From Antedon mediterranea (taxonomy: Eukaryota; Animalia; Echinodermata), in assembly GCF_964355755.1 (NCBI RefSeq), contig NC_092677.1, forward strand, positions 19,180,101-19,244,100: a DNA stretch of 64,000 bases. The letters are read 5' to 3'. This document shows, piece by piece, positions 53,035 to 64,000 of this stretch. The stretch's first letter is position 1, and every line of letters starts with the position of its first letter. The notes beneath the pieces are model-generated. The model searched no databases, was not told where the DNA came from, and saw nothing but the letters and a program-made list of their open reading frames with translations. A program made the position numbers and the translations under genes.

Positions 53035-53757
53035 GCCTTACGAGAGTCGGTGGTTCTTTAAAAGAGGTGGTCACTTACGAGAGGTGTGGTCATTAAGAAA
53101 GGTGGTCGCTTACGAGAGGTGATCGATTATGAGAGGCGGTCCCTTATGAGAGGTGTGGTCGTTAAAAAAGGTGGTCAGACGCTTACGAGAGATGATCGAT
53201 TATTAGAAGCGATCCCTTATGAGAGGGGGGTGATCACTTACGAGAGGTGTTCGATTTTGAGAAGTGGTCTCTTAACAGAGAGATGGTGGTCGTTCAATAG
53301 AGGTGGTCGTTACTGGATTTGGTCGATTATGAAAAGTGGTCCCTCGTTTACGAGATAGCTAAGTAAAGAGATGCATTTGCACATGATTTAGACCAGGGAA
53401 GAGTTAAATTACATGTAATTTAACTCTTCCCTGTTTACACATAGGTTTGTAAAATATATATTTTCTACATTAGCTGGCGATAGTAACTACATTAGCTGTT
53501 GACCGTTTCTACATCAGCTGGCGATAGTACCAACAGTAGCTGTTGACCGTTTCTACATCAGCTGGCGATAGTAACTACAGTAGCTGTTGACCGTTTCTAC
53601 ATCAGGGCGATAGTAACTACAGTAGCTGTTGACCGTTTCTACATCAGCTGGCGATAGTAACTACATTAGCTGTTAACCGTTTCTACATCAGCTGGCGATA
53701 GTAACTACAGTAGCTGTTGACTGTTTCTACATTAGCTGGTGTTGATTTTTATTTACA
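53035..53757 (-). repeat. Dispersed repeat with about 42-bp tandem units (AGCTGTTGACCGTTTCTACATCAGCTGGCGATAGTAACTAC)
   Basis: Tandem units 53470-53735; inverted homologue of 6928-7360. Confidence 0.75.
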
Positions 53758-53806
53758 AAAACAATGATCACCTCCATATATACTCTTTTGCTGAAAATAA
53801 ACCTAA

Positions 53807-53986
53807 AGCGTGGTTCCCACTAGCGACGCAACACAAGGACGTAACCTAACGCAAGTGAATTGACCAATCACAAGCGATGGCATTATTCGCTTGTGATTGC
53901 TAACTGTCTATAACTTCGCTTGTCATTGGTTAAAACGCTTGCGTTGCGTTTATGTCCTTGCGTTACGTTCTAGTGGGAACCAAGCT
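53807..53986. mobile_element. Harbinger-type MITE
   Basis: AGCGTGGTTCCCACTAG...CTAGTGGGAACCAAGCT, TAA TSD, almost fully palindromic. Confidence 0.85.
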
Positions 53987-55388
53987 TAAATAGCATGCAT
54001 AGGCCTACACCAATATTCGTAGTAACAAGAGTATGTTGTTCAACTTCAATCAATATAATAAATAAAGATATTAGTTAATAATAATTCATCATCATTCAAA
54101 ATGGCAATGATAATTTTTTTTTAAATCAATTACTATAGATATAGAAGGAATAATATGAAAAATGTTTGATACTGTCATTAACACATATTGACTGAGACTC
54201 TCAGATATATTAAGTATATATATTCTGCAATATATTTTATAAGTCAAATATAATACTTTTTTTTTTCTACGGAAGTAAACAAGGATGTTTATCGTTCAAC
54301 ATAGTGACCAGATTACTGAAAATAAAGACAATTATGGAAACTATAATTTATTACTCTTTATTATGAATATACAATAAACCCAAAGTGATATAAAAATAAT
54401 ACATTTCATGATTTGAGAAAACCAAATAATTTGTTTTCTTTCCTACATTTATTTTCAATTTACAGTACTGTATTCATATTCATAAATGGATTATAATTAG
54501 TTTTGATCTAACTTTTTCTTAGTATGATTATGAATATTTTAAAACCATAAATTAAATTCTATTCAGTAGTTCATTTAAATATAATAACAATTAATTCAGC
54601 ACTATTAACACCCCATATACCAGTCACCCCAATTATAGCCCAAAAAATGTGCTTTTTGTGCAATTAGTGTGCTTATTGAATAATATTGGACATAATAGAC
54701 AGAATCCTTAAAAAAATGGCAAGCATAAAATGTGTATGGCACAGGGTTTGTGATATTGAAATTTGAAAATGACAACCAAACAGGCTCAATTTAAATAAAA
54801 ATTGCAGCAAAAAAGAGATAGAAATGTACATGACTGATTTACGATTTGGCCTCGCTTAGGGCCAACCCTGATTTAGCATTCAATAAGTGTATAAACTCTA
54901 AGAAGTAAGTCAAATCCTGTGCCATACACATTTGGGTCATCTCTCAAGCTCAAAATGACAGAACAAAAGGTTAAATTCAACAAAAAATCCATTGGTTTAA
55001 ATTGCATTTAAAAAAAATTTAATTTGTGACATTAAAATGGCATATTCAATTAAAGTTTAAAAAAATGTTTTTCAAGTGGACAATATATCTTTAAAAGTTT
55101 GTTCATAATTAAGGAGTAGTCACTCAAGTTTACTTATTTATCATTCTGTTTGCCTTAATTATAGAAATGATTTTAGCCATAACGTTCGGTTTTCAGGTAA
55201 TGATGATCTGATTGAAAATTGTAATCCTACATCTTAATGCAGTTCATTTATTGGAGAATTTGTATTATATATTTGTTACGATAGAATGTTTGTTTATAGA
55301 TCAGACTCAATCTAGGTCATAAATATGTCGATCCAAGATATGTTTTTTTCAAACCCGTGAAATCTACAGTAATTTAAAGCTGGAATAT

Positions 55389-58300
55389 CTATTTAAAAAC
55401 CTTTCCGGGGTTCATTAGCCCCTTAGGATCCAGGGTATTCTTCAATTGCTTCATCACTGTCATTGCTCCATCACCTACTTCTTTAACCAAAAGATCTCTC
55501 TTACCAAGACCAATTCCATGCTCACCAGTACATGTTCCACCTACTGCAATAGCCCGCCTATAGATTAAAACAGACCCACAAAACATTTACGTCAATTCCA
55601 AAGTTGGTAATTTTGTTGTAACTGAAACCCTGGGTTTTGTTAGGAAAATAGGATGGTACTGTCATTTGGTAAATGAATTGAAGGATCCCAATGGAAATAA
55701 GCTAATAAGGTTTTTGGGCTATCCTAGAAAATCTTTTATAAATGTATTTATCATGTCAGTAATTTTTGTATGATGATTTTCCTAATAAACTCAATTCAAT
55801 TCATCATTCACCTCATGCCATTATTTGTACCCATTCCACTCATAACATTCATTATTCACCTCATGCCATTATTTTGTACCCATTCCACTCATAACATTCA
55901 TCATTCACCTCATGCCATTATTTGTACCCATTCCACTCATAACATTCATCATTCACCTCATGCCATTATTTGTACCCATTCCACTCATAACATTCATCAT
56001 TCACCTCATGCCATTATTTGTACCCATTCCACTCATAACATTCATCATTCACCTCATGCCATTATTTGTACCCATTCCACTCATAACATTCATCATTCAC
56101 CTCATGCCATTATTGGTACCCATTCCACTCATAACATTCATCATTCACCTCATGCCATTATTTGTACCCATTCCACTCATAACATTCATCATTCACCTCA
56201 TGCCATTATTTGTACCCATTCCACTCATAACATTCATCATTCACCTCATGCCATTATTTGTACCCATTCCACTCATAACATTCATTATTCACCTCATGCC
56301 ATTATTTGTACCCATTCCACTCATAACATTCATCATTCACCTCATGCCATTATTTGTACCCATTCCACTCATAACATTCATCATTCACCTCATGCCATTA
56401 TTTGTACCCATTCCACTCATAACATTCATCATTCACCTCATGCCATTATTTGTACCCATTCCACTCATAACATTCATTATTCACCTCATGCCATTATTTG
56501 TACCCATTCCACTCATAACATTCATTATTCACCTCATGCCATTATTTGTACCCATTCCACTCATAACATTCATTATTCACCTCATGCCATTATTTGTACC
56601 CATTCCACTCATAACATTCATCATTCACCTCATGCCATTATTTGTACCCATTCCACTCATAACATTCATCATCACCTCATGCCATTATTTGTACCCATTC
56701 CACTCATAACATTCATCATTCACCTCATAACATTCATCATTCACCTCATGCCATTATTTGTACCCATTCCACTCATAACATTCATCATTCACCTCATGCC
56801 ATTATTTGTACCCATTCCACTCATAACATTCATCATTCACCTCATGCCATTATTTGTACCCATTCCACTCATAACATTCATCATTCACCTCATGCCATTT
56901 TGTACCCATTCCACTCATAACATTCATCATTCACCTCATGCCATTATTTGTACCCATTCCACTCATAACATTCATCATTCACCTCATGCCATTATTTGTA
57001 CCCATTCCACTCATTATTCACCTCATGCCATTATTTGTACCCATTCCACTCATAACATTCATCATTCACCTCATGCCATTATTTGTACCCATTCCACTCA
57101 TAACATTCATCATTCACCTCATGCCATTATTTGTACCCATTCCACTCATAACATTCATCATTCACCTCATGCCATTATTTGTACCCATTCCACTCATAAC
57201 ATTCATCATTCACCTCATGCCATTATTTGTACCCATTCCACTCATAACATTCATCATTCACCTCATGCCATTATTTGTACCCATTCCACTCATAACATTC
57301 ATCATTCACCTCATGCCATTATTTGTACCCATTCCACTCATAACATTCATTATTCACCTCATGCCATTATTTGTACCCATTCCACTCATAACATTCATCA
57401 TTCACCTCATGCCATTATTTGTACCCATGCCACTCATAACATTCACCTCATGCCATTATTTGTACCCATTCCACTCATAACATTCATCATTCACCTCATG
57501 CCATTATTTGTACCCATTCCACTAATAACATTCATCATTCACCTCATGCCATTATTTGTACCCATTCCACTCATAACATTCATCATTCACCTCATGCCAT
57601 TATTTGTACCCATGCCACTCATAACATTCATCATTCACCTCATGCCATTATTTGTACCCATTCCACTCATAACATTCATCATTCACCTCATGCCATTATT
57701 TGTACCCATTCCACTCATAACATTCATCATTCACCTCATGCCATTATTTGTACCCATTCCACTCATAACATTCATCATTCACCTCATGCCATTATTTGTA
57801 CCCATTCCACTCATAACATTCATCATTCACCTCATGCCATTTTGTACCCATTCCACTCATCATTCACCTCATGCCATTATTTGTACCCATTCCACTCATA
57901 ACATTCATTATTCACCTCATGCCATTATTTGTACCCATTCCACTCATAACATTCATCATTCACCTCATGCCATTATTTGTACCCATTCCACTCATAACAT
58001 TCATCATTCACCTCATGCCATTTTGTACCCATTCCACTCATAACATTCATCATTCACCTCATGCCATTATTTGTACCCATTCCACTCATAACATTCATCA
58101 TTCACATACTACTGTAAAGTAAAATAGTTTTAAAATTCTTTGCTGGAACTGATGTGATTCTACTGTTTTTGTTCTGAAAACCCTGAATTGAAGTCTGATA
58201 AGAAATGTGATTACAGTTGGCTGATGTATTTATACTGAATGTTCGTCATTTATACTGCTTTATTTATGATGTTCATAAATGTTACATATCTAGTGAAGTA

Positions 58301-61300
58301 ATTTATGAGATACTTTATTGAAATGATGATTAAATGATTTTGTCAAAAAAACTAAAAAATGCATGCTTGCTACTAAAAATAGGAGGCAACAAAGTTAAGT
58401 TGTTAATATGATGTTCGCAACGAACCTGTTCACATTTGTTGAAATAACTTGAACTTGTTTAAATTCCTCAGGGAGACTAGGGTCAAAGAGCAATGCAGTA
58501 TGGAAATTTCCATCACCCACATGACCTATCATTGTACCTAAATATAAAAATTGCTTATACAGTAACTAATATTAAACTGACTAAAGTATCACATGATCTG
58601 ACTTTGGTAAACAAACATAGAGCAAGCAATGACACATAGATTTCATTCATTTAAAACAAATTCAAAATTAACAAAGCCATGATTTTAACAATTTAAGTCT
58701 GATTTTATTATGGAAATAATGTTATGTTCTTAACTTGCTCAATATGTATTGGATACACAAGTTAGTCATATCATGAAACTAATTGGGTGTCAGACTACCT
58801 GGCCATTCTTTCTGCCACTTCTTTTATTACTGGCAACTCTTCGGGGTTGTCTGGGTCAACTGTGATAAAGCAATGGAAGTTGCCATCACCAACATGACCA
58901 ACAATAGTACCTTGATTCAAATCAACAAATTCATTATTAATACAATTTGTCCAAAATATTATTTACTGTATACTCTTTCAATTTTTTCTTATAACAAAAG
59001 TATACCAAGTATTGGTACAAGTTATTTTCGATTTAACGATTACAAACAAATCAAACAGTCTGGAATTGTTCAACCAAGTGTTTCCTCACACTCAGCTATC
59101 CATTTTTTGTAAAGCACCTTACTGTTGAAAACATTCACTTCTTTCTGTGTGCTAATCTTCAAATTAATTTAAACTCATTTAAATCTTATTTTTTTCACAA
59201 ACCCTGTTTCTGCACGTCATCATCTGACATAATATCATTATCATAATTATTAATACTGAAGAAATTCTATTATTTACTTATGGCAATAGAATGAAATCTA
59301 TAGAGGTTTGTTTGACTATAGTGCAAATTCAAGTTTTTGTAAACGTTTTGAAATGTTTGTATGACACGCTGAATGCACAACTGACAATAAAACTGTAGTG
59401 TGTCGCAATTTTACATGGCCTAGGCTTTGATATTCAATTGAAGTGGCAGATTAATTGAATAAAAGTTTACTTAAGAACAATAGGTTTTAAAGCCATCTAT
59501 TTAAAGTCTGACTGTTGACTCCGTCTTGTTAAATGGAACAGTCAATCTTTCAATAAGATATTCTCCACATTCAATAAACATCCATTATTTGGTACTAATA
59601 GTAGTACAATTACTGTATATTAATCATGTGGATTTATGAAAATTGGGGACATCAGACTAAATATAAATGTTGCTTTGCAAATTAATTAGTTGTATGCTTA
59701 CCCACAATTGATGATTTCAGAATATCTTCTTTAGTTGCAACTATAATCTCTGGAAGTTTCGATATTGGGACACACACATCAGTAGCATAACCCTACCATC
59801 AAAACAAGAACATTTATAAAGTACTCAGTATAAAACAAAACATTTAATGTGGATTTCGCCAACTGCTATGATTAACATAAAAGAGCCAAATAGAGAATTC
59901 TTAGTAACTTTTTCATTCAGCAGTTTATCTTTGGATGTTTTTTCTTTCAGGCATTGCTTCTGTGTTGTACATTCAACATTTAAATTAGCATATGGGTCAT
60001 GATGCAAAATAAAGATTGATTGACAACTGCACAAATAAAAATAGTGTGATAGCCTGTAGGGATTATACAATTAAAGACACTAGGCTAGAAATAAATGCAG
60101 CCAAAATAACTGCACAGTGGCTTGCTAGTTCAGTTTTACCTTGGTTCCAGGTCGTAGAGCAAGAGTAGCGTACCAACAGTTATGCCTGGCCTTCCACAAC
60201 TTATTGCGGTCTTCTTGCTTTTCAGCCCAATAAAAATCTGATCCACCATTCATTTGAGCTAGCTCCTCTAAAAATAGCAAGAAACATTTAAATATACTTA
60301 GTTCAGTATATACCTATATAATTATTTAAGGAGTTTTCAACCTAGAATGCCTTACCTACAAGTTCCACTTGAGCTTTGATAGCATCTTGAGCCCCATGGA
60401 ATTCAAGAAACAGTGTTGGTGACACCTTATGTGAAAGATTGCTGAATCTGTTGCAGGCATCAATCATAACATCATCTAAAAATTCTACAAACAATGCAAA
60501 GGATATAGATTTCACAAAAAAACTCAGAATTGGACACATCATAATTTGTTATTATTAGCCTGGGTGCAGAACAGTTTATATACACATTTGTGGGAAAAAA
60601 ATAAAGGGATTTTTTTTGGTTTTTCTGATAGAGTATACCATATAGAATCTCAGAAAAAAAAAATCCCCATCTTGGGCAAATTTTGTTACAGCACATTTAA
60701 ATTTTGGCCTATACACAAACAATTTGCTCTCATGAATTCTGGCATAAGACTACGTGCACTTAATACCAAAACAAAACGGTTTAGGTGCTCGTTTGTACCT
60801 AATGCTATACACTTATATAACTCCAGAGTACAAAGGTAAAATGTAACTGATAATTTTTATCTAATTTTAACAATTTTTAGCCTCTTAACTTTTTGTGTGT
60901 GTTCTTGTAAATTGTATTTTATATTTTTGTATTTTGCCAGTTTTCAAATCACATTTCTGTTTTTTAAATGGACAATAAAGTATATATGACTATGACTATG
61001 ACTACACACGCAAATACTGTACCTATAACACACACAAATACCTATATATTAGAGGGAAAACCAATTCACGTTTTGTGTCAATTGGAATTGTGTTATAATG
61101 ATTAAAATTAAAACCAAAAATAAATTTTCCTTTACTTATTTTGCGCAAAATGTGTACTGCATCCTGGCTATATGTATGTGTACTAAAAACAAAATGTTTA
61201 GAATTAAAGTTGTAAATAAGGCTCTTTTACTTTTTATTAGTAGTTGCTTCTTTAAATAAAGAATAAAATGTTAAATCACAGAGGTTGTATTAAATAGTGA

Positions 61301-63948
61301 TAATGTAATGTTACCAATCCTAGCCATAGGTATCCCACACTGCATCACCTGCATCACAGTGTCCACTGCTGATTTGACGGTTTCAAAAGAACACACTGCG
61401 GACATCATCTGATAAAATGGAGTATAATAATAATAATATAAAAATACCTATATTATTAAAGAGAATTTAGCACATTTTTTTGTTTTCTTATTTTCACATA
61501 AATACATTTTGTATGGATTATCAACATAACCAGAATTTGTACTGAGAAGGCTTATACTAAATTTGAAAATTATGCTTCATTAACTCCCTAAGCCTGTAAA
61601 ATTGTCCTGGACCAACCTGCTTTACATTCTGCTATTAAAACTACGGCTGCAATAAATTTGTTTATGAATACTTATCATCATGAGAAAAAATTGTTTTTTT
61701 TTATATTAACTGAATGAGTCCTTGTATTATACACAGCATGTGGGCACTGTATGACATGAAAAGAATGAAAAGAATAAATTAACAATAGAAACAGTTTTAC
61801 ATGTGATGTCACTTGTAATGAACGCAAAAAAAAGATTAAAATATTATTTAAATTTATTATTTAAGATCTAAAACATAGTAGTTTTTTAAGAGAATATGGT
61901 CATTTCTGTGGTCCAAAATCACCTTGTATGACTCTTGGGAAAATATTGAAGGATAGGATGGATCAAGTACTGCCTAATATAAATTTAGTATAAATTTAAA
62001 GTTTATAAACCAAAATATAATAGTGTATATGAAAAAAATAATACAATTATAATAGCATCTGGTTGTACTTTATAATACGAGCACTTACACTTTCTGGAAT
62101 GCCATACAGACGAACTGTTGCCTGGGTAATAATTCCCAGCGTTCCTTCTGAACCAACAAACAAATTGGTGAGGTTATAGCCTGCTGAGGTTTTTCTAAAA
62201 AAAATGAATGGTTTATTTTACAATCATGCAAAAATGATCTGGCTATCTAGTTTGGCCTCATGCATGAAATGTACATGAACTGATTGATTGAAATATATAT
62301 TTATACTGGGTAACCTCTTCAGTCAAAGACTGGTCTCCCAGAGGGCCCAGTTATGATCAGTGGCTGTGATGTACTAGTACACCGGGGTAACCCCCTACTC
62401 ATCTCGAAAGATGTACTAGGTTCTTTAAAGTGCACACGAGCTAGATGTGTACACTGGACCTACGGTTTATAATCCTTATCCGAGAAGACTTGTTCTACCA
62501 CCAGAACCATGGAGTGAGTGAGCCTCGAACACCTGCCGATGTTATGGCTACGTAATTACGGTTCCACTGTCTTAACCGCTCGGCCACTCACTCATGAAAA
62601 CAACAGTTATTTTTAAATTGAGATCCAACAGAAGATACAAAACTTTTAAAATGAATAAAGGTCTTATACAATATATTAACAGTGTCATCATCATTTCTCA
62701 ACATTTTCCTAGAGGGATGTTTTTTTTATGGATTTCGAGAGTCGGAGGCCTGATCGTCTCAATAGGCGTAGATATAGCATGTGGCTTGCACCTACGCCTA
62801 GGTGTAGACATAGCCACTGCGTAATAGTAAAGGTAAGTATTATTTAATACCCCTTTTACAATTCCTGCAAAAATGCATAGATGATCCCAATTGTGTACCC
62901 CGAGTTGTACAGGGGTTGCAGAAATCGGGTTCATGTAGACCAGTGTAAATGACGCAAAAAGTTATCTGGGTCACTGAACAACCCGGGTAAGTAAGTGGAA
63001 TGTATTCAGCATCAAGCCAACCAAGGACGAACTGTGTACTTGCCTGTTCGCGGTGTAAACAGTTGTGGTTGGTTGCTGTATTCGCTCACTATAGTATTAA
63101 ATTACATCCAATGAGAAAAATACTTATTTTGTTTGTTCACTTATTATAAAATAAAACGTATGGTTATTATTTGTTATTCATTTTAATTCAAGTAGACTTA
63201 GTTATTGCCATTAAAATAATTGCACGTGGTATAATGAGCAGACTGTTACTAATGCGTCTCTCGATGTGCGAGAGAGCAGTATTTTAATTAATCTAGAACA
63301 TTTTTACAGGTTGGTATTTTTCAGTGTAAATGCACGCAACCCATGTCATTCTTTGGTTAATAAAATGGGTATGAAAAGAAAATTTTTACGGACACTACAC
63401 AAGTTTGTTTTAAGCTCGGCGGTGTTACTCTGCTACATACTGTATACAGTATTATTATTGAAATTTTGGAAATACTACCTGAATACTGAATACTGAAATG
63501 CTTTATTTGTCCATCATCATCATAAAATAACAACAGAAATTCTTCTTGAAGATTGACAATTATTAGTACAATAATAAATAGATATACAATATAATATATT
63601 ATATACACACACATAATTGCACAAAAAGTTATGAAACACGGTGTAAAAATGACTAGGTATTAAAATTGAGAAGGATTTAGGAGATTAAAATAGTTTAAAA
63701 CCAGGGATGTGGTTATCAGGGGGGCAGATATCAGGGGTGCAGTTATCAGAGGTGCGGTTATCAGGGGTGCGGTTATCAGTTCTTTTACCTGGATCTTTTA
63801 CCAGGACCAGCTGTATGCAGAATACTACCATCTGCTAACACAACCTCAAGGTTCATGACATTTTCACGCATTGTACCATATCTTACTGCGTTGGTCCCTG
63901 ATGCGCTTGTTGCACACATTCCACATACAGAAGCATGTGCACCAGGAT
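55389..63948 (-). CDS. LDHD: Mitochondrial FAD-dependent D-lactate dehydrogenase, 3' part; exons 63948-63789, 62194-62089, 61408-61315, 60484-60356, 60267-60140, 59792-59702, 58537-58426, 55557-55389
   Basis: [94 protein letters not shown]...[12 protein letters not shown]. Gene continues beyond the right edge. Confidence 0.95.
55797..58105. repeat. 48-bp minisatellite, about 48 copies, in the last LDHD intron
   Basis: Unit CATTCATCATTCACCTCATGCCATTATTTGTACCCATTCCACTCATAA, nearly invariant. Confidence 0.98.
60710..61003 (+). mobile_element. 3' end of a non-LTR retrotransposon
   Basis: [28 protein letters not shown] resembles a LINE ORF2 C-terminus; AATAAA followed by a (TATGAC)n tail. Confidence 0.6.
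62280..62593 (-). mobile_element. Full-length tRNA-derived SINE with Deu/Nin-like central domain
   Basis: Minus strand: A box TGGCCGAGCGG, B box GTTCGAG, central TTCTCGGATAAGGATTATAAACCGTAGGTCC...GCACTTTAAAGAACC...GAGTAGGGG, (TCAA)n tail. Confidence 0.8.
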
Positions 63949-64000
63949 CTAAAAAATGAAAATAGACAAAGCCAGAAAGTACATGAGCATAGTGTGGTAA

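Noticed and set aside
55770-58122. 757-aa and overlapping ORFs as real proteins, or the array as CRISPR
   Set aside because: They arise from a 48-bp unit that lacks stops in two frames, antisense within an LDHD intron. There are no unique spacers or cas genes, and the context is eukaryotic.
62520-62593. tRNA gene
   Set aside because: The A and B boxes are followed by a SINE body and simple-repeat tail, so it is a SINE head.

Overview
AT-rich, intron-containing animal genomic DNA, probably a marine invertebrate deuterostome such as an echinoderm (inferred from the SINE types and gene content). Genes reconstructed by hand from splice sites: 5' part of CFDP1 (minus); a secreted C-type lectin plus PAN/apple-like gene and its transposon-disrupted tandem duplicate; a complete ZNF423/ZNF521 (Oaz) orthologue with an N-terminal NuRD motif and an extra C-terminal zinc-finger block; RPL14 (minus, with TOP promoter); an ankyrin/SOCS-box remnant; a frameshifted orphan gene; and the 3' part of LDHD (minus) with a 2.3-kb 48-bp minisatellite in its last intron. 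Intergenic and intronic DNA is dense with nested non-autonomous elements (L2 LINE, SINEs, hAT-, Harbinger-, Kolobok-, Academ-, MULE/Merlin-like, Helitron, Helentron-type). The most interesting candidate is a structured, GC-richer 307-nt segment in RPL14 intron 4, bounded by AG/GT and carrying a premature stop (possible autoregulatory poison exon or unannotated ncRNA). All family assignments are from recalled motifs, not database searches.
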